This document shows, piece after piece, positions 29,918 through 38,673 of a stretch of DNA of 64,000 bases (position 1 is its first letter; each line of letters starts with the position of its first letter). This DNA comes from Stellaceae bacterium (GTDB taxonomy: Bacteria; Pseudomonadota; Alphaproteobacteria; ATCC43930; CGMCC-115725), in NCBI GenBank assembly GCA_035623985.1, contig DASPSJ010000109.1, positions 979 through 64,978 of the forward strand, written 5' to 3'. Below the pieces are notes generated by a model, which made no database searches, was not told the DNA's origin, and worked only from the letters and a program-made list of their open reading frames with translations. Position numbers and translations under genes: made by a program.

Positions 29918-30858
29918 TGTTCGAGGCGGTGATCTCGACGATCGTGCCGGTGCTCGGCTGCACGCTCACCGGCTATCTGCTCGTCCGCTCCGGCCTCATC
30001 GCCAGCGGCGCCGTCGAGATACTGAACCAGCTCGTCTATTACGCCTCGTTCCCGGCGCTGCTCTTCACTTTTCTCGCCCGCACCCCCATCGCCCGGATCT
30101 GGCAGCAGGACTTCCTCGAGACCTGGACGCTCAGCCTCGCCGTCATCTATGGCCTCACCTTCGTGGTCAGCCGCCTGTTCTGGCGCGGCGGCACCGTGGA
30201 AGCGAGCGTGCGCGCGATGAATTGCAGTTGCGCCAGCACCGCCTTCATCGGCATCCCGGTGCTGGTCATCGCCTTGGGCAAGGACGGCGCGTTGCCGGCC
30301 ATCCTGGCCACGACGGTCATCGTCACCATCTTCTTCGGCCTGACCTTCGCGGTGATCGAATCGGCCCGGCACGGCATCGCCGCTTCGGGGCGGGCGCTCG
30401 CCTCGACGGCGCGCTCGCTCCTGCGCAACCCGCTGATGCTGGGCGTCGTTTTCGGCGCCTTCAGCTCCGCCTTCCTGACGCTGCCGAAGCCCGTCCTGGC
30501 CTTGGGCGAGCTGGTCGGCAGCGCCGCCATCCCGTGCTCGCTCATGACCATCGGGATCTTCATCGCCGGGCTCACGGCCAGGGAAAGCGTCGCGGGCACG
30601 ATCGGCCCGACCGTGATCAAGCTCGTCGTCCACCCGCTGGTGACCTGGGGCATCGTGCGCTGGGTCATCCGCCTCGACCCGACCTGGGCGGCCGCGGCGA
30701 TGCTGCTCTCCGCGCTGCCGCCGGCGACGAGTTGCTTCGTCATCGCCAAGCAGTACGACATCCTGGTCGCCGAGACCTCGGGGGCGATCTGGCTGTCGAC
30801 GGTGTTGAGCATCGTTTCGGTCGTCGCGGTCTTGTTCTTCATGGGTATCCGTCCCTGA
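29917..30858 (+). CDS. AEC (auxin efflux carrier / malate-permease-like) family transporter
   Basis: The start ATG overlaps the glcF TAA. The protein is polytopic: 'MFEAVISTIVPVLGCTLTGYLLV...' with about 10 hydrophobic segments and an AEC-like organisation. Confidence 0.75.
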   Translation: MFEAVISTIVPVLGCTLTGYLLVRSGLIASGAVEILNQLVYYASFPALLFTFLARTPIARIWQQDFLETWTLSLAVIYGLTFVVSRLFWRGGTVEASVRAMNCSCASTAFIGIPVLVIALGKDGALPAILATTVIVTIFFGLTFAVIESARHGIAASGRALASTARSLLRNPLMLGVVFGAFSSAFLTLPKPVLALGELVGSAAIPCSLMTIGIFIAGLTARESVAGTIGPTVIKLVVHPLVTWGIVRWVIRLDPTWAAAAMLLSALPPATSCFVIAKQYDILVAETSGAIWLSTVLSIVSVVAVLFFMGIRP

Positions 30859-30888
30859 CGCCAACCCGGCCGCAGGGCAGAGGGAGGA

Positions 30889-31965
30889 ATGATGGATAGC
30901 GCCGAGCCCCCGGTCGTCACCCGCGAGATCAGGCATCTGCTGGCGCGCGATTACGCCGCGCTCGATCCGGAGCTGGGCCGGGCGATCCATCTCCTCGCCG
31001 GGCGCAACGCGGCGGTAAGCTGGCACAAGCACGGCGTGTTCCTCGATCACCTGATCGGCACCTATCGCATCCTGCGCCTCTGGGGAGAGCCGCGCGCGAC
31101 CTGCCTGTGCGGGCTTTTCCACAGCGTCTACGCCAACGAGTACGTCGATCTCGCGCTGTTCGACGCGCGAACCGAGCGCGGCGTCCTCGCCGAGGCGGTC
31201 GGCGGCGAGGTGGAGGAGCTTGCCCATACGCTGTGCCTGATGCCGCGCACCGAGTTCGCGCTCCGCGTCCTCGACGACGCGGCGGCGTTGCAGCGCGGCA
31301 TGACCCTCGGCGATCCGCAAGGCGGCGCGGCCTGGCGGCTTTCCGCCGAGACCGTGCGCGCCTTTCTCGCGGTGACGATCGCCGATTTCGCCGAGCAGTG
31401 GTTCGGCTGGCAAGACGAGGTGATGGGCGGCTATCCCCATACCGACGAGCGGCGGCGCGCCGCCGAGCATTGGACGAAGGCGCTGTGGCCGGGACCCTTG
31501 CAGCCGAGCGCCGCCAATATGAGCCTGCAATCGCGATTGGCGCGGCGCCTGCCCGAGTTCCCGGGGCCGGTTCCGCCGATCTTCGAGCGCTGCACGCGCC
31601 TGTTGTCGCCGGAGGACGAGGCGGCGGCGGCGGCGCTCTATTGGCGCGTCGCGGGCGCCGGGCCGGCGCCGGACTCGATCGGGCGCGCCGCCGACATGCT
31701 CGCCGAGGCGATCGCGCGCAACCCCTGGCTCGGCGAAGCCCATCTGCATCTCGCCCAGCTCGAGCTGCTCGAAGGCGATTTCGCCGCGGCGGGCGAGCAT
31801 GCGCAGCGCGGCTTGCGCCTGCTGCTGGACTGGGGAACGCCGCGCGACAAGCGGATCCCGTGGGAAGGCTGGGTCGCCTGGTCGCGCGTCCTCATCAAGG
31901 GGGCGCGCGAGCGCGCCTGGCCGCAGACCCTGCGCGCCCTCAACAATCTCGGCCTGGTCGAGTAG
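30889..31965 (+). CDS. conserved hypothetical protein (His-rich N-terminal motif 'WHKHGVFLDHL...GLFHSVYANEY', helical C-terminal half)
   Basis: 358-aa ORF with coding-like composition, co-directional between the transporter and larA. It resembles a DUF6817-type protein from memory only. Confidence 0.55.
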   Translation: MMDSAEPPVVTREIRHLLARDYAALDPELGRAIHLLAGRNAAVSWHKHGVFLDHLIGTYRILRLWGEPRATCLCGLFHSVYANEYVDLALFDARTERGVLAEAVGGEVEELAHTLCLMPRTEFALRVLDDAAALQRGMTLGDPQGGAAWRLSAETVRAFLAVTIADFAEQWFGWQDEVMGGYPHTDERRRAAEHWTKALWPGPLQPSAANMSLQSRLARRLPEFPGPVPPIFERCTRLLSPEDEAAAAALYWRVAGAGPAPDSIGRAADMLAEAIARNPWLGEAHLHLAQLELLEGDFAAAGEHAQRGLRLLLDWGTPRDKRIPWEGWVAWSRVLIKGARERAWPQTLRALNNLGLVE

Positions 31966-32009
31966 CCGGGCCGCCCGCGAAAGGACCACCGCGAAAGGAG
32001 CACCGCGCC

Positions 32010-33296
32010 ATGAAGATCGAGCTGAGATACGGGCGAGGCGTCGTTCCCGTCACTGTGCCCGAGGGATTGCAGTGCACGATCATCCGCAAGGGGTCGAGCC
32101 GGCCGCTGGCCGATCCGCATCAGGCGATCGAGCGCGTCTTCGACGCGCCAATCGGCGCAGCGCCGCTCGAGACCGTCGCGCGCGGCAAGAAGAGCGCCTG
32201 CATCCTCATCTGCGACGTGACGCGGCCGGTGCCCAACCACCTTTTCCTCCAGCCGCTCATCCGCCGGCTCATCGGCGCCGGCATTCCCGCCGAGGCCATC
32301 ACGGTGCTCGTCGCCACCGGGCTGCATCGGCCCAATGAAGGGGAGGAGCTGGCGCGGCTCGTCGGCGATCCCTGGGTGCTCGAGACGGTGCGGGTGGTCA
32401 ATCACTTCGCGCGCAACGACGCCGACCACGCCGATCTCGGCCGCACGCGCAGGCGCGGCACGCCGGTCAAGGTCGACCGCCGCTTCGTCGAGGCCGAGCT
32501 GCGCATCGCCACCGGCCTCGTCGAGCCGCATTTCATGGCCGGCTATTCCGGCGGCCGCAAGGTGGTGGCGCCCGGCATCTGCCATGCCGACGTGATCCGG
32601 ACCTTCCACAGCGCGCGGTTCATGGAGGATCCGAACGTCATCGAGTGCAATCTGGTCGACAACGCGCTGCATGAAGAGCAGCTCGAAGTCGTGCGCATGA
32701 TCGGCGACATCCTGGCGCTCAACACCGTGGTCAACGAGGAGCGCGAGCTGATCCACGTCACCTTCGGCGCGATCGTCGAGAGCCATCTCGCCGCGGTGCG
32801 CTTCGTCGAGGAGTTCGTGCGGATCCCGGTGCCGCGCCGCTTCAAGACGGTGGTGACCTCCTCGGCGGGCTATCCGCTCGACGAGAACTATTACCAGACG
32901 GTCAAAGGCATGGTGACGCCGCTCAGCATCCTCGAGCCCGGCGGCACCCTGATCATCGCCTCGGCCTGTCCCCGCGGCCTGGGCTCGGAGGAATTCCGCG
33001 CCTCGCAGCGCCGCCTCCTCGCCATCGGGCCCGATGCCTTCATGAAAAGCATCCTGGCGAAGAGCATGGCCGATATCGACGAATGGCAGTCGGAGATGTA
33101 TCTGAAGGCGCGGCGGGTCGGCATGATCCAGCTCTTCACCGACGGGCTTTCCGCCGAGGACCGCACCTTGACCGGCGTCGAGGTGATCGACGACGTCGAC
33201 GCGGCGGTGCGCGCCTCGGTCGCGGCGAGCGGCGACCGCGCCATCGCCGTCATCCCGGAGGGCCCCTATGTCGTGCCGAAATACGTGGCCGCGTGA
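32010..33296 (+). CDS. larA: nickel-pincer-cofactor-dependent 2-hydroxyacid racemase/epimerase (LarA family)
   Basis: Start at ATG 32010 behind AGGAG. 'ILICDVTRPVP', 'ATGLHRPNEGEE' (catalytic His) and 'EPHFMAGYSGGRKVV' (second His and the cofactor-tethering Lys). Confidence 0.88.
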   Translation: MKIELRYGRGVVPVTVPEGLQCTIIRKGSSRPLADPHQAIERVFDAPIGAAPLETVARGKKSACILICDVTRPVPNHLFLQPLIRRLIGAGIPAEAITVLVATGLHRPNEGEELARLVGDPWVLETVRVVNHFARNDADHADLGRTRRRGTPVKVDRRFVEAELRIATGLVEPHFMAGYSGGRKVVAPGICHADVIRTFHSARFMEDPNVIECNLVDNALHEEQLEVVRMIGDILALNTVVNEERELIHVTFGAIVESHLAAVRFVEEFVRIPVPRRFKTVVTSSAGYPLDENYYQTVKGMVTPLSILEPGGTLIIASACPRGLGSEEFRASQRRLLAIGPDAFMKSILAKSMADIDEWQSEMYLKARRVGMIQLFTDGLSAEDRTLTGVEVIDDVDAAVRASVAASGDRAIAVIPEGPYVVPKYVAA

Positions 33297-34502
33297 ATGA
33301 CCGGCCCGGCCTCTCCCGCGCACATCCTGCTCGATCCGCTCGGCGGCTTTGCCGGCGACATGTTCATCGCCGCGGCGCTCGACGCCTGGCCCGAGCTGGA
33401 GCGGCCGGTGCTCGAGGCGATCGGCGCGAGCGGGCTGCCGCGCGGCTGGGAGGCCACGGTCCGGCGCACGGAGAAGGCCGGCCTCGCCGCCCGCGCCTTC
33501 CACTGCGCCGGGCCGCGCGACGCGCCCGCCAGCGGGCGCTATCGCGACTTCCGCGAGCGCCTTGCCGCAGCACCGCTCGGCGCGGCGACGCGCCGCCACG
33601 CGCTCGGCCTGCTCGAGCTGCTGGGCGAGGCGGAAGCCCAAGTGCACGGGGTGGCGCGCGACAGCGTCCATTTCCACGAGCTTGCCGATTGGGACACCCA
33701 GGCCGATCTCGTCGGCGCGGCCCGCCTTATCGAGCAGCTCGAGGGGACGCGCTGGTTCTGCCGGCCGTTGCCGCTGGGCGGCGGCGTCGTGCGCGGCGCG
33801 CACGGCCCCTTGCCGGTCCCCGCTCCGGCAACGACCTGGCTGCTCGAAGGCTTCGCCTGGCGCGAGGACGGCATCGCGGGCGAAAGGGTGACGCCGACCG
33901 GAGCAGCGATCCTGCGCTATCTCGGCGCCGAGCCGCCGCCGGCCGCTTCGCTCGGCCGCCTTGCCGCGAGCGGCGCCGGCGCCGGCACGCGCGAGCTTCC
34001 GGGCATTCCCAACATCCTCCGCCTGCTCGCCTTCGCCGCCGCCGACCGGCTCGCCGACAGCCTTCTCGTCATCGAATTCGAGATCGACGACCAGTCGCCC
34101 GAGGACCTCGCGCGCGGCCTCGACCGGCTGCGCGCCCTCGCGGCGGTGCGCGACGTCGTCCTCTTCCAGGGCATCGGCAAGAAGGGACGGCCGCTGCAAT
34201 CGGTGCGCCTGCTCGCCGAGGCGGAGGGGCGCGAGAGCGTGCTCGACGCGATCTTCCGCGAGACGACGACGATCGGCCTGCGGCTGCGCGAGGAGCAGCG
34301 CGTCCTCCTCTCGCGCCGCGTGGTGACGGTGAGCGCCGGCGACCGGCGGGTCCGCGTCAAGCTCGCCGAGCGGCCCGGCGGCGGGCTCAGCGGCAAGGCC
34401 GAGGCCGACGACATTGCCGAAGCCGGCGACGCGGCGGCGCGCCAGGCGCTGCGCGCGGCGGCGGTGCGGCAGGCGCTGGCGGACGAGGAGGAGCATGGTT
34501 GA
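33297..34502 (+). CDS. larC: nickel insertion protein LarC (CTP-dependent cyclometallase)
   Basis: 'LLDPLGGFAGDMFIAAALDA', 'HFHELADWDTQADLVGAA' and 'VTPTGAAIL'. It is a single uninterrupted ORF. Confidence 0.85.
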   Translation: MTGPASPAHILLDPLGGFAGDMFIAAALDAWPELERPVLEAIGASGLPRGWEATVRRTEKAGLAARAFHCAGPRDAPASGRYRDFRERLAAAPLGAATRRHALGLLELLGEAEAQVHGVARDSVHFHELADWDTQADLVGAARLIEQLEGTRWFCRPLPLGGGVVRGAHGPLPVPAPATTWLLEGFAWREDGIAGERVTPTGAAILRYLGAEPPPAASLGRLAASGAGAGTRELPGIPNILRLLAFAAADRLADSLLVIEFEIDDQSPEDLARGLDRLRALAAVRDVVLFQGIGKKGRPLQSVRLLAEAEGRESVLDAIFRETTTIGLRLREEQRVLLSRRVVTVSAGDRRVRVKLAERPGGGLSGKAEADDIAEAGDAAARQALRAAAVRQALADEEEHG

Positions 34503-35301
34503 AGCGACCTCTGCGCTGCGGCGCGTCTTCGAAAGCTGCGCCCGCGTCGCGGTGGCGGTGAGCGGCGGCGTCGACAGCATGACGCTCGCTCACGTCGCTC
34601 ACGCGCATTTCGGCGCGCGCGCGCGCTTCTTCCACGCCGTCTCGCCGGCCGTGCCGCGCGCCGCGACCGAGCGCGTCAAGGCGCATGCCGAACGCGGCGG
34701 CTGGCGGCTCACCTGCCTCGAGGCCGGCGAGTTCGCCGATCCGCGCTATCGCAGCAACCCGGTCAACCGCTGCTATTTCTGCAAGAGCAACCTTTACGAC
34801 GGCATCGCCGCGCTGAGCGACGCCGTCGTCTTCTCCGGCGCCAATCTCGACGACCTCGCCGATTACCGGCCGGGCCTCGAGGCGGCGAGCGAGCGCGGCG
34901 TGCGCCACCCCTTCATCGAGGCCGGCCTCGGCAAGGCGGCGATCCGCGCTCTCGCCCGGCATCTCGGCCTCGACGAGCTGAGCGAGCTGCCGGCGGCGCC
35001 CTGCCTCTCCAGCCGCGTCGAGACCAGGCTCGCCATCGATCCCGGCGAGCTTGCCCTCATCGATGCGGTCGAGGAAAGCCTCCGCGCCGCCCTGGGCCCG
35101 GTCGACCTGCGCTGCCGCCTCACCGCCGCCGGCGCAAGGCTCGAGCTTGCCGGCGCGGCGCTCGACCGCTTCCTCTCCGCCGACTTCGCCGAGCTGCGCC
35201 GGCGCGCCGAGGCGATGATCCGCGGCGCCGGCAAGCCCTATCTCGGCGCCGCCCCCTATCGCCGCGGCAGCGCCTTCCTGCGTCCCACCGCCGATGCGTG
35301 A
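34495..35301 (+). CDS. larE: ATP-dependent sulfur transferase LarE (PP-loop)
   Basis: The start ATG 34495 overlaps the larC stop. PP-loop 'AVSGGVDSMTLA', 'RCYFCKSNLY' and 'PAAPCLSSRV'. Confidence 0.85.
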   Translation: MVEATSALRRVFESCARVAVAVSGGVDSMTLAHVAHAHFGARARFFHAVSPAVPRAATERVKAHAERGGWRLTCLEAGEFADPRYRSNPVNRCYFCKSNLYDGIAALSDAVVFSGANLDDLADYRPGLEAASERGVRHPFIEAGLGKAAIRALARHLGLDELSELPAAPCLSSRVETRLAIDPGELALIDAVEESLRAALGPVDLRCRLTAAGARLELAGAALDRFLSADFAELRRRAEAMIRGAGKPYLGAAPYRRGSAFLRPTADA

Positions 35302-35959
35302 CCGGATCTGCATGGATTGGGGGCGCGAGGCGCGCACCGGCATCGGCGAGGCGGTGTTCTGCGCCGGCAAGACGCCCGATCAGATCAACGGCATCGTCCA
35401 TCTCGCCCGCACCGGCGGCCGGCGCCTGCTGCTCACCCGCCTCGAGCACGAGCAGTTCCACTGCCTCGACGCCGGCGCGCGCGGCGCGCTCGATTTCGAT
35501 GCGCCTTCGCGCACCGCCACGCTGGGCGGGCCGGCGCCGGAAGCGGCGAGCGACCTGGCCATCATCGTCTGCGCCGGCACCTCGGACGTGCCGGTGGCGC
35601 TCGAGGCGCGCCGCACCCTCGCCTTCTACGGCGTCGCCGCGCCGCTGATCGGCGACGTCGGCGTCGCCGGGCTATGGCGCCTGCTCGACCGCATCGAGGA
35701 GATCGCGGCCTTTCCCGTGGTCATCGCCGTCGCCGGCATGGAGGGGGCGCTGTTCTCGGTCCTTGCCGGCGCCGTTCCCGGCCTCGTCATCGCGGTTCCC
35801 TCCTCGGTCGGCTACGGCGTCGCTCAAGGCGGGACGACCGCCTTGCACAGCGCGCTCGCCTCCTGCGCACCGGGCGTCGTCGCGGTCAACATCGACAACG
35901 GCTTCGGCGCCGCCTGCGCCGCGCTCAAGGCGCTGCGCCGGGCGAAGCGGCCGGTCTAG
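35294..35959 (+). CDS. larB: nicotinic acid adenine dinucleotide carboxylase/hydrolase LarB (PurE-like)
   Basis: 'GEAVFCAGKT', 'IIVCAGTSDVPVALEA' and 'AGMEGALFSVLAG...VIAVPSSVGYG'. It overlaps the larE end. Confidence 0.85.
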   Translation: MRDRICMDWGREARTGIGEAVFCAGKTPDQINGIVHLARTGGRRLLLTRLEHEQFHCLDAGARGALDFDAPSRTATLGGPAPEAASDLAIIVCAGTSDVPVALEARRTLAFYGVAAPLIGDVGVAGLWRLLDRIEEIAAFPVVIAVAGMEGALFSVLAGAVPGLVIAVPSSVGYGVAQGGTTALHSALASCAPGVVAVNIDNGFGAACAALKALRRAKRPV

Positions 35960-37174
35960 CGGGGCGGCGGGATCGCCCGACAACAGCGGCAGGACGTGGC
36001 GCAAGGCGAGCGCCACGCCGTCGCTCGCCCGATAGGCGCGCTTCAGCCGCTCGGCGGCGGCGCGGGGACCGCCGTCCGGCGCGAGCAGCCGCGCCAGCGC
36101 GTCGCGGCAATTCTCGTAGGTCAGCGCGCCCGGCGCGATGGCGATGCCGGCGCCGGTCTGTTCGAGGAAATAGCCGTTGATCGGCTGATCGCTGCACAGG
36201 GGAACGGCGAGTTGCGGGACGCCCTCGTTGAGCGCCTCGGCGATGGTGTTGGCGCCGGCATGGGAAACCGCGATGGCGGCGCGCTTCAGGAGGTCGAGCT
36301 GCGGCGCGTAGCGCACGGCCAGAGTCGAGGGCGGCAGCTCCTCGACGAACGCCGTCTCGGCCATCGGACCCATGGCGGCCACGAGCTGCAGCCCCAGCGC
36401 CTCGGCCGCGCGGGCGACGATGCGGAAGAGATCCGGCTGGTCCCAGTAGAGCGTGCCGAAGCTGACATAGGCGAGTGGCCGGTCGGCGGCGAGGCGGTGC
36501 CAGGGGAAGTCGCGGGGATCGTCGCTGCGCTCGAGATAGATCGCGCGGCCCGCCAGCAGCGTGCGCGGCGGCACGGGGGCGCCGGCGCGGACGAATTCGG
36601 GCACGACGAAGGCGATGTTGAGATAAGGCGAGAAATAATCCCAGCCGGCGAAATTGGCGGGCATGCCGTGCCGCTCGAAGATTTCGGCGCGGCGCGGCGC
36701 CACCGCCGCCAGCGTGCGCGTCAGGTCGCAGGCGAAGCCGGGCGGCATGAGAAAGGCCGGCGAGGTGAGGACGCAGACGTAAGGGATGCCCTCCTCATGC
36801 GCCGCGATCTGCGCCGGGGAAATCTGGCCGTCGGTGATCAGCAGATCGGCGCCGAACTCGCGCAAGGCGCGCCGGTAGCGCGGGACGAGCGGCTCGATGC
36901 TGTTGACCCGGCCCTCCAGGTTGAACGCGACGTATTTGGCGAAATCGCGCGCCACGCCGGCAAAGAGCAATTCCTGGCCCGGCGGCATCCAGTTCCAATC
37001 GATCTGCCGCAGCTCGACGCCCGGCACGTCGGGCCGCCCGGTCATTGCGCCCATCGGGCGCGCGAGCCAAACGCCGGTGTGGCCGAGATCGACGAGGCCC
37101 TTGGCGAGGGCCTGGATCGGGTTGATATGGCCTTTGGCGGCAAAGGAAGAGAAGAGAATGCGGCTCATCGTCAT
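35672..37174 (-). CDS. GT1-family (UDP-glycosyltransferase/MGT-like) glycosyltransferase with ~95-aa C-terminal read-on
   Basis: 'RILFSSFAAKGHINPIQALAKGL' and 'SHAGANTIAEALNEGVPQLAVPLCSDQPING' form the GT1 donor-binding motif. The first in-frame stop is only at 35672, which lies inside the larB antisense. Confidence 0.75.
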   Translation of the reverse strand: MTMSRILFSSFAAKGHINPIQALAKGLVDLGHTGVWLARPMGAMTGRPDVPGVELRQIDWNWMPPGQELLFAGVARDFAKYVAFNLEGRVNSIEPLVPRYRRALREFGADLLITDGQISPAQIAAHEEGIPYVCVLTSPAFLMPPGFACDLTRTLAAVAPRRAEIFERHGMPANFAGWDYFSPYLNIAFVVPEFVRAGAPVPPRTLLAGRAIYLERSDDPRDFPWHRLAADRPLAYVSFGTLYWDQPDLFRIVARAAEALGLQLVAAMGPMAETAFVEELPPSTLAVRYAPQLDLLKRAAIAVSHAGANTIAEALNEGVPQLAVPLCSDQPINGYFLEQTGAGIAIAPGALTYENCRDALARLLAPDGGPRAAAERLKRAYRASDGVALALRHVLPLLSGDPAAPLDRPLRPAQRLERGAGGAEAVVDVDRDDARCAGGERAVQGGRPALSDAVADRGGNRDDEAGNGAGKDREQRPLHAGDGDDHGKGRDLLDAVEQAP

Positions 37175-37281
37175 CCCCCTTTCATGTCGGCGCCGCGGCG
37201 GCGGCGGCCCGCGGCAGAACGCCGCGCGATGCCGGCGCGTCGCCGCGGCCGGCCACTTTCAAGCGGAGGGAATGCCGCGCG

Positions 37282-37707
37282 CTATTGCAGGACGGCGATG
37301 GTGGCGAGCGCGGCGGCGACGAGGCGCTCGCGCTCGCCCTTCGCGGCAAAGACCTCCGAACGGGCAACGACCATGGACCTGCCGGACTTGAGGACGTAGC
37401 CGCGGCCGATGAGCTTGTCGCCGACCGCCGGGGCCAGCAGGTTTATCTTGTATTCGGCCGTGACCACGTCGCCCGCGACCGAGCCCGCCGCCCAGGCGCA
37501 AGCGCTGTCGGCGATGCAGCCGATGACCGCGCCATGCGCGTAGCCGTGATGCTGTGTCAACTCGCGGCGCATCGCCACGTGCAGCTCGGCATAGCCGTCC
37601 TCGCATTTGATGATCTCGGGCCTGAGGAAGGCGGCAAAAGGCGTCATGTCGAGCAGCGTCTTGAGATTCTCCACCGTGATGCCGTCCTTGAAGACCTTTA
37701 CCGACAT
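37282..37707 (-). CDS. PaaI-family hotdog thioesterase
   Basis: 141 aa with 'HHGYAHGAVIGCIADSACAWAA' and 'VVARSEVF' motifs typical of PaaI/YdiI thioesterases. Confidence 0.8.
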   Translation of the reverse strand: MSVKVFKDGITVENLKTLLDMTPFAAFLRPEIIKCEDGYAELHVAMRRELTQHHGYAHGAVIGCIADSACAWAAGSVAGDVVTAEYKINLLAPAVGDKLIGRGYVLKSGRSMVVARSEVFAAKGERERLVAAALATIAVLQ

Positions 37708-38219
37708 GGTTCTCCCCCGCTGGATGTGCGCCGGTGGTCCGGCCGGCGCCGCTGCGATGCCTCACGATTCACACAACGCGACGGCCGACCCCACAATCGG
37801 CATTCCCGTTTCCGCCCCTGCGGCCCGGCACAGCCTCGGCCGCTGCGCACAAGGCGACACGGAAAGACGCGAATTTTGCAAAAACGGTCCGACGCCGGCG
37901 AAGGCAACCTGCCAACGGCTGGGATCGACGCCGGCATGCGGCCGGACTGCCATCGGCTGACGCGGAAATCGTCGCCAACGCTCAGGCCGCCGACGATGCC
38001 GGCGCGATCATCGCAATCGCTGCCAGGCAGCCGAACAACCGTATCGTTGCAATTTTTGGGAGTCAATTGGACAATTGATGCGCCGAACCGGGCGGAGAAT
38101 TTTCGTTTCCAACCTTCGCGCAGAAGACGCATCCGCCGGCGCCGCCGTGATATGGTGTGAGGCGACAATCCCCGGCGATGCCGGCGATGCAGAAGAAGGT
38201 CAAGGGGAGGGAGAGCAGG

Positions 38220-38663
38220 ATGGCCGAGATCCCCGCCGGCTTCGAGCCGTTGTTCCGCAGCAGCCCCTATACCGAGACGATCGGGCCGCTCTATCATCGC
38301 AAAGGCAGCGCGCCGCTCGTCCTCGCCGTCCGCATTCTCGACAAGCACGCCAATGCGCGCGGCTTCGCGCATGGCGGGCTGCTGCTGACGCTGGCCGACC
38401 TCGCTCTCGGCTATGCGATGGCTTTCCGCGAGGACCCGCCGGCCTCGCTCATCACCGCCAGCCTGTCGGCCGATTTCGCCGGCACCGCCAAGGTCGGCGA
38501 CTGGGTCGAGGCGCATGTCGACATCCAGAAGAGCGGCAGCCGGCTCGCCTTCGCCAACGCCTATCTCACCGTCGGCGGCGAGCGCATCCTGCGCGCGAGC
38601 GCAGTGTTCGCGCGCATGGGCGCCTTGACGCCGAAAACGCCTCCCGCCGCCGAGGGCGGTTGA
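38220..38663 (+). CDS. PaaI-family hotdog thioesterase
   Basis: Start at ATG 38220 behind GGGGAGGGAGAG. Motifs 'NARGFAHGGLLLTLADLALGYA' and 'RLAFANAYL'. Confidence 0.8.
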   Translation: MAEIPAGFEPLFRSSPYTETIGPLYHRKGSAPLVLAVRILDKHANARGFAHGGLLLTLADLALGYAMAFREDPPASLITASLSADFAGTAKVGDWVEAHVDIQKSGSRLAFANAYLTVGGERILRASAVFARMGALTPKTPPAAEGG

Positions 38664-38673
38664 GGGAGCGTCC

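Noticed and set aside
31638-34580. Very long antisense ORFs in the track, for example 31638..34580 (980 aa), 29704..31989 (761 aa), 27932..29896 (654 aa), 2043..3692, 1024..2556 and 21808..23439.
   Set aside because: Their translations are Arg/Ala/Gly/Pro-rich and low-complexity, lack any family motifs, and lie antisense or out of frame to genes with unambiguous motifs. They are typical shadow ORFs of a high-GC genome.
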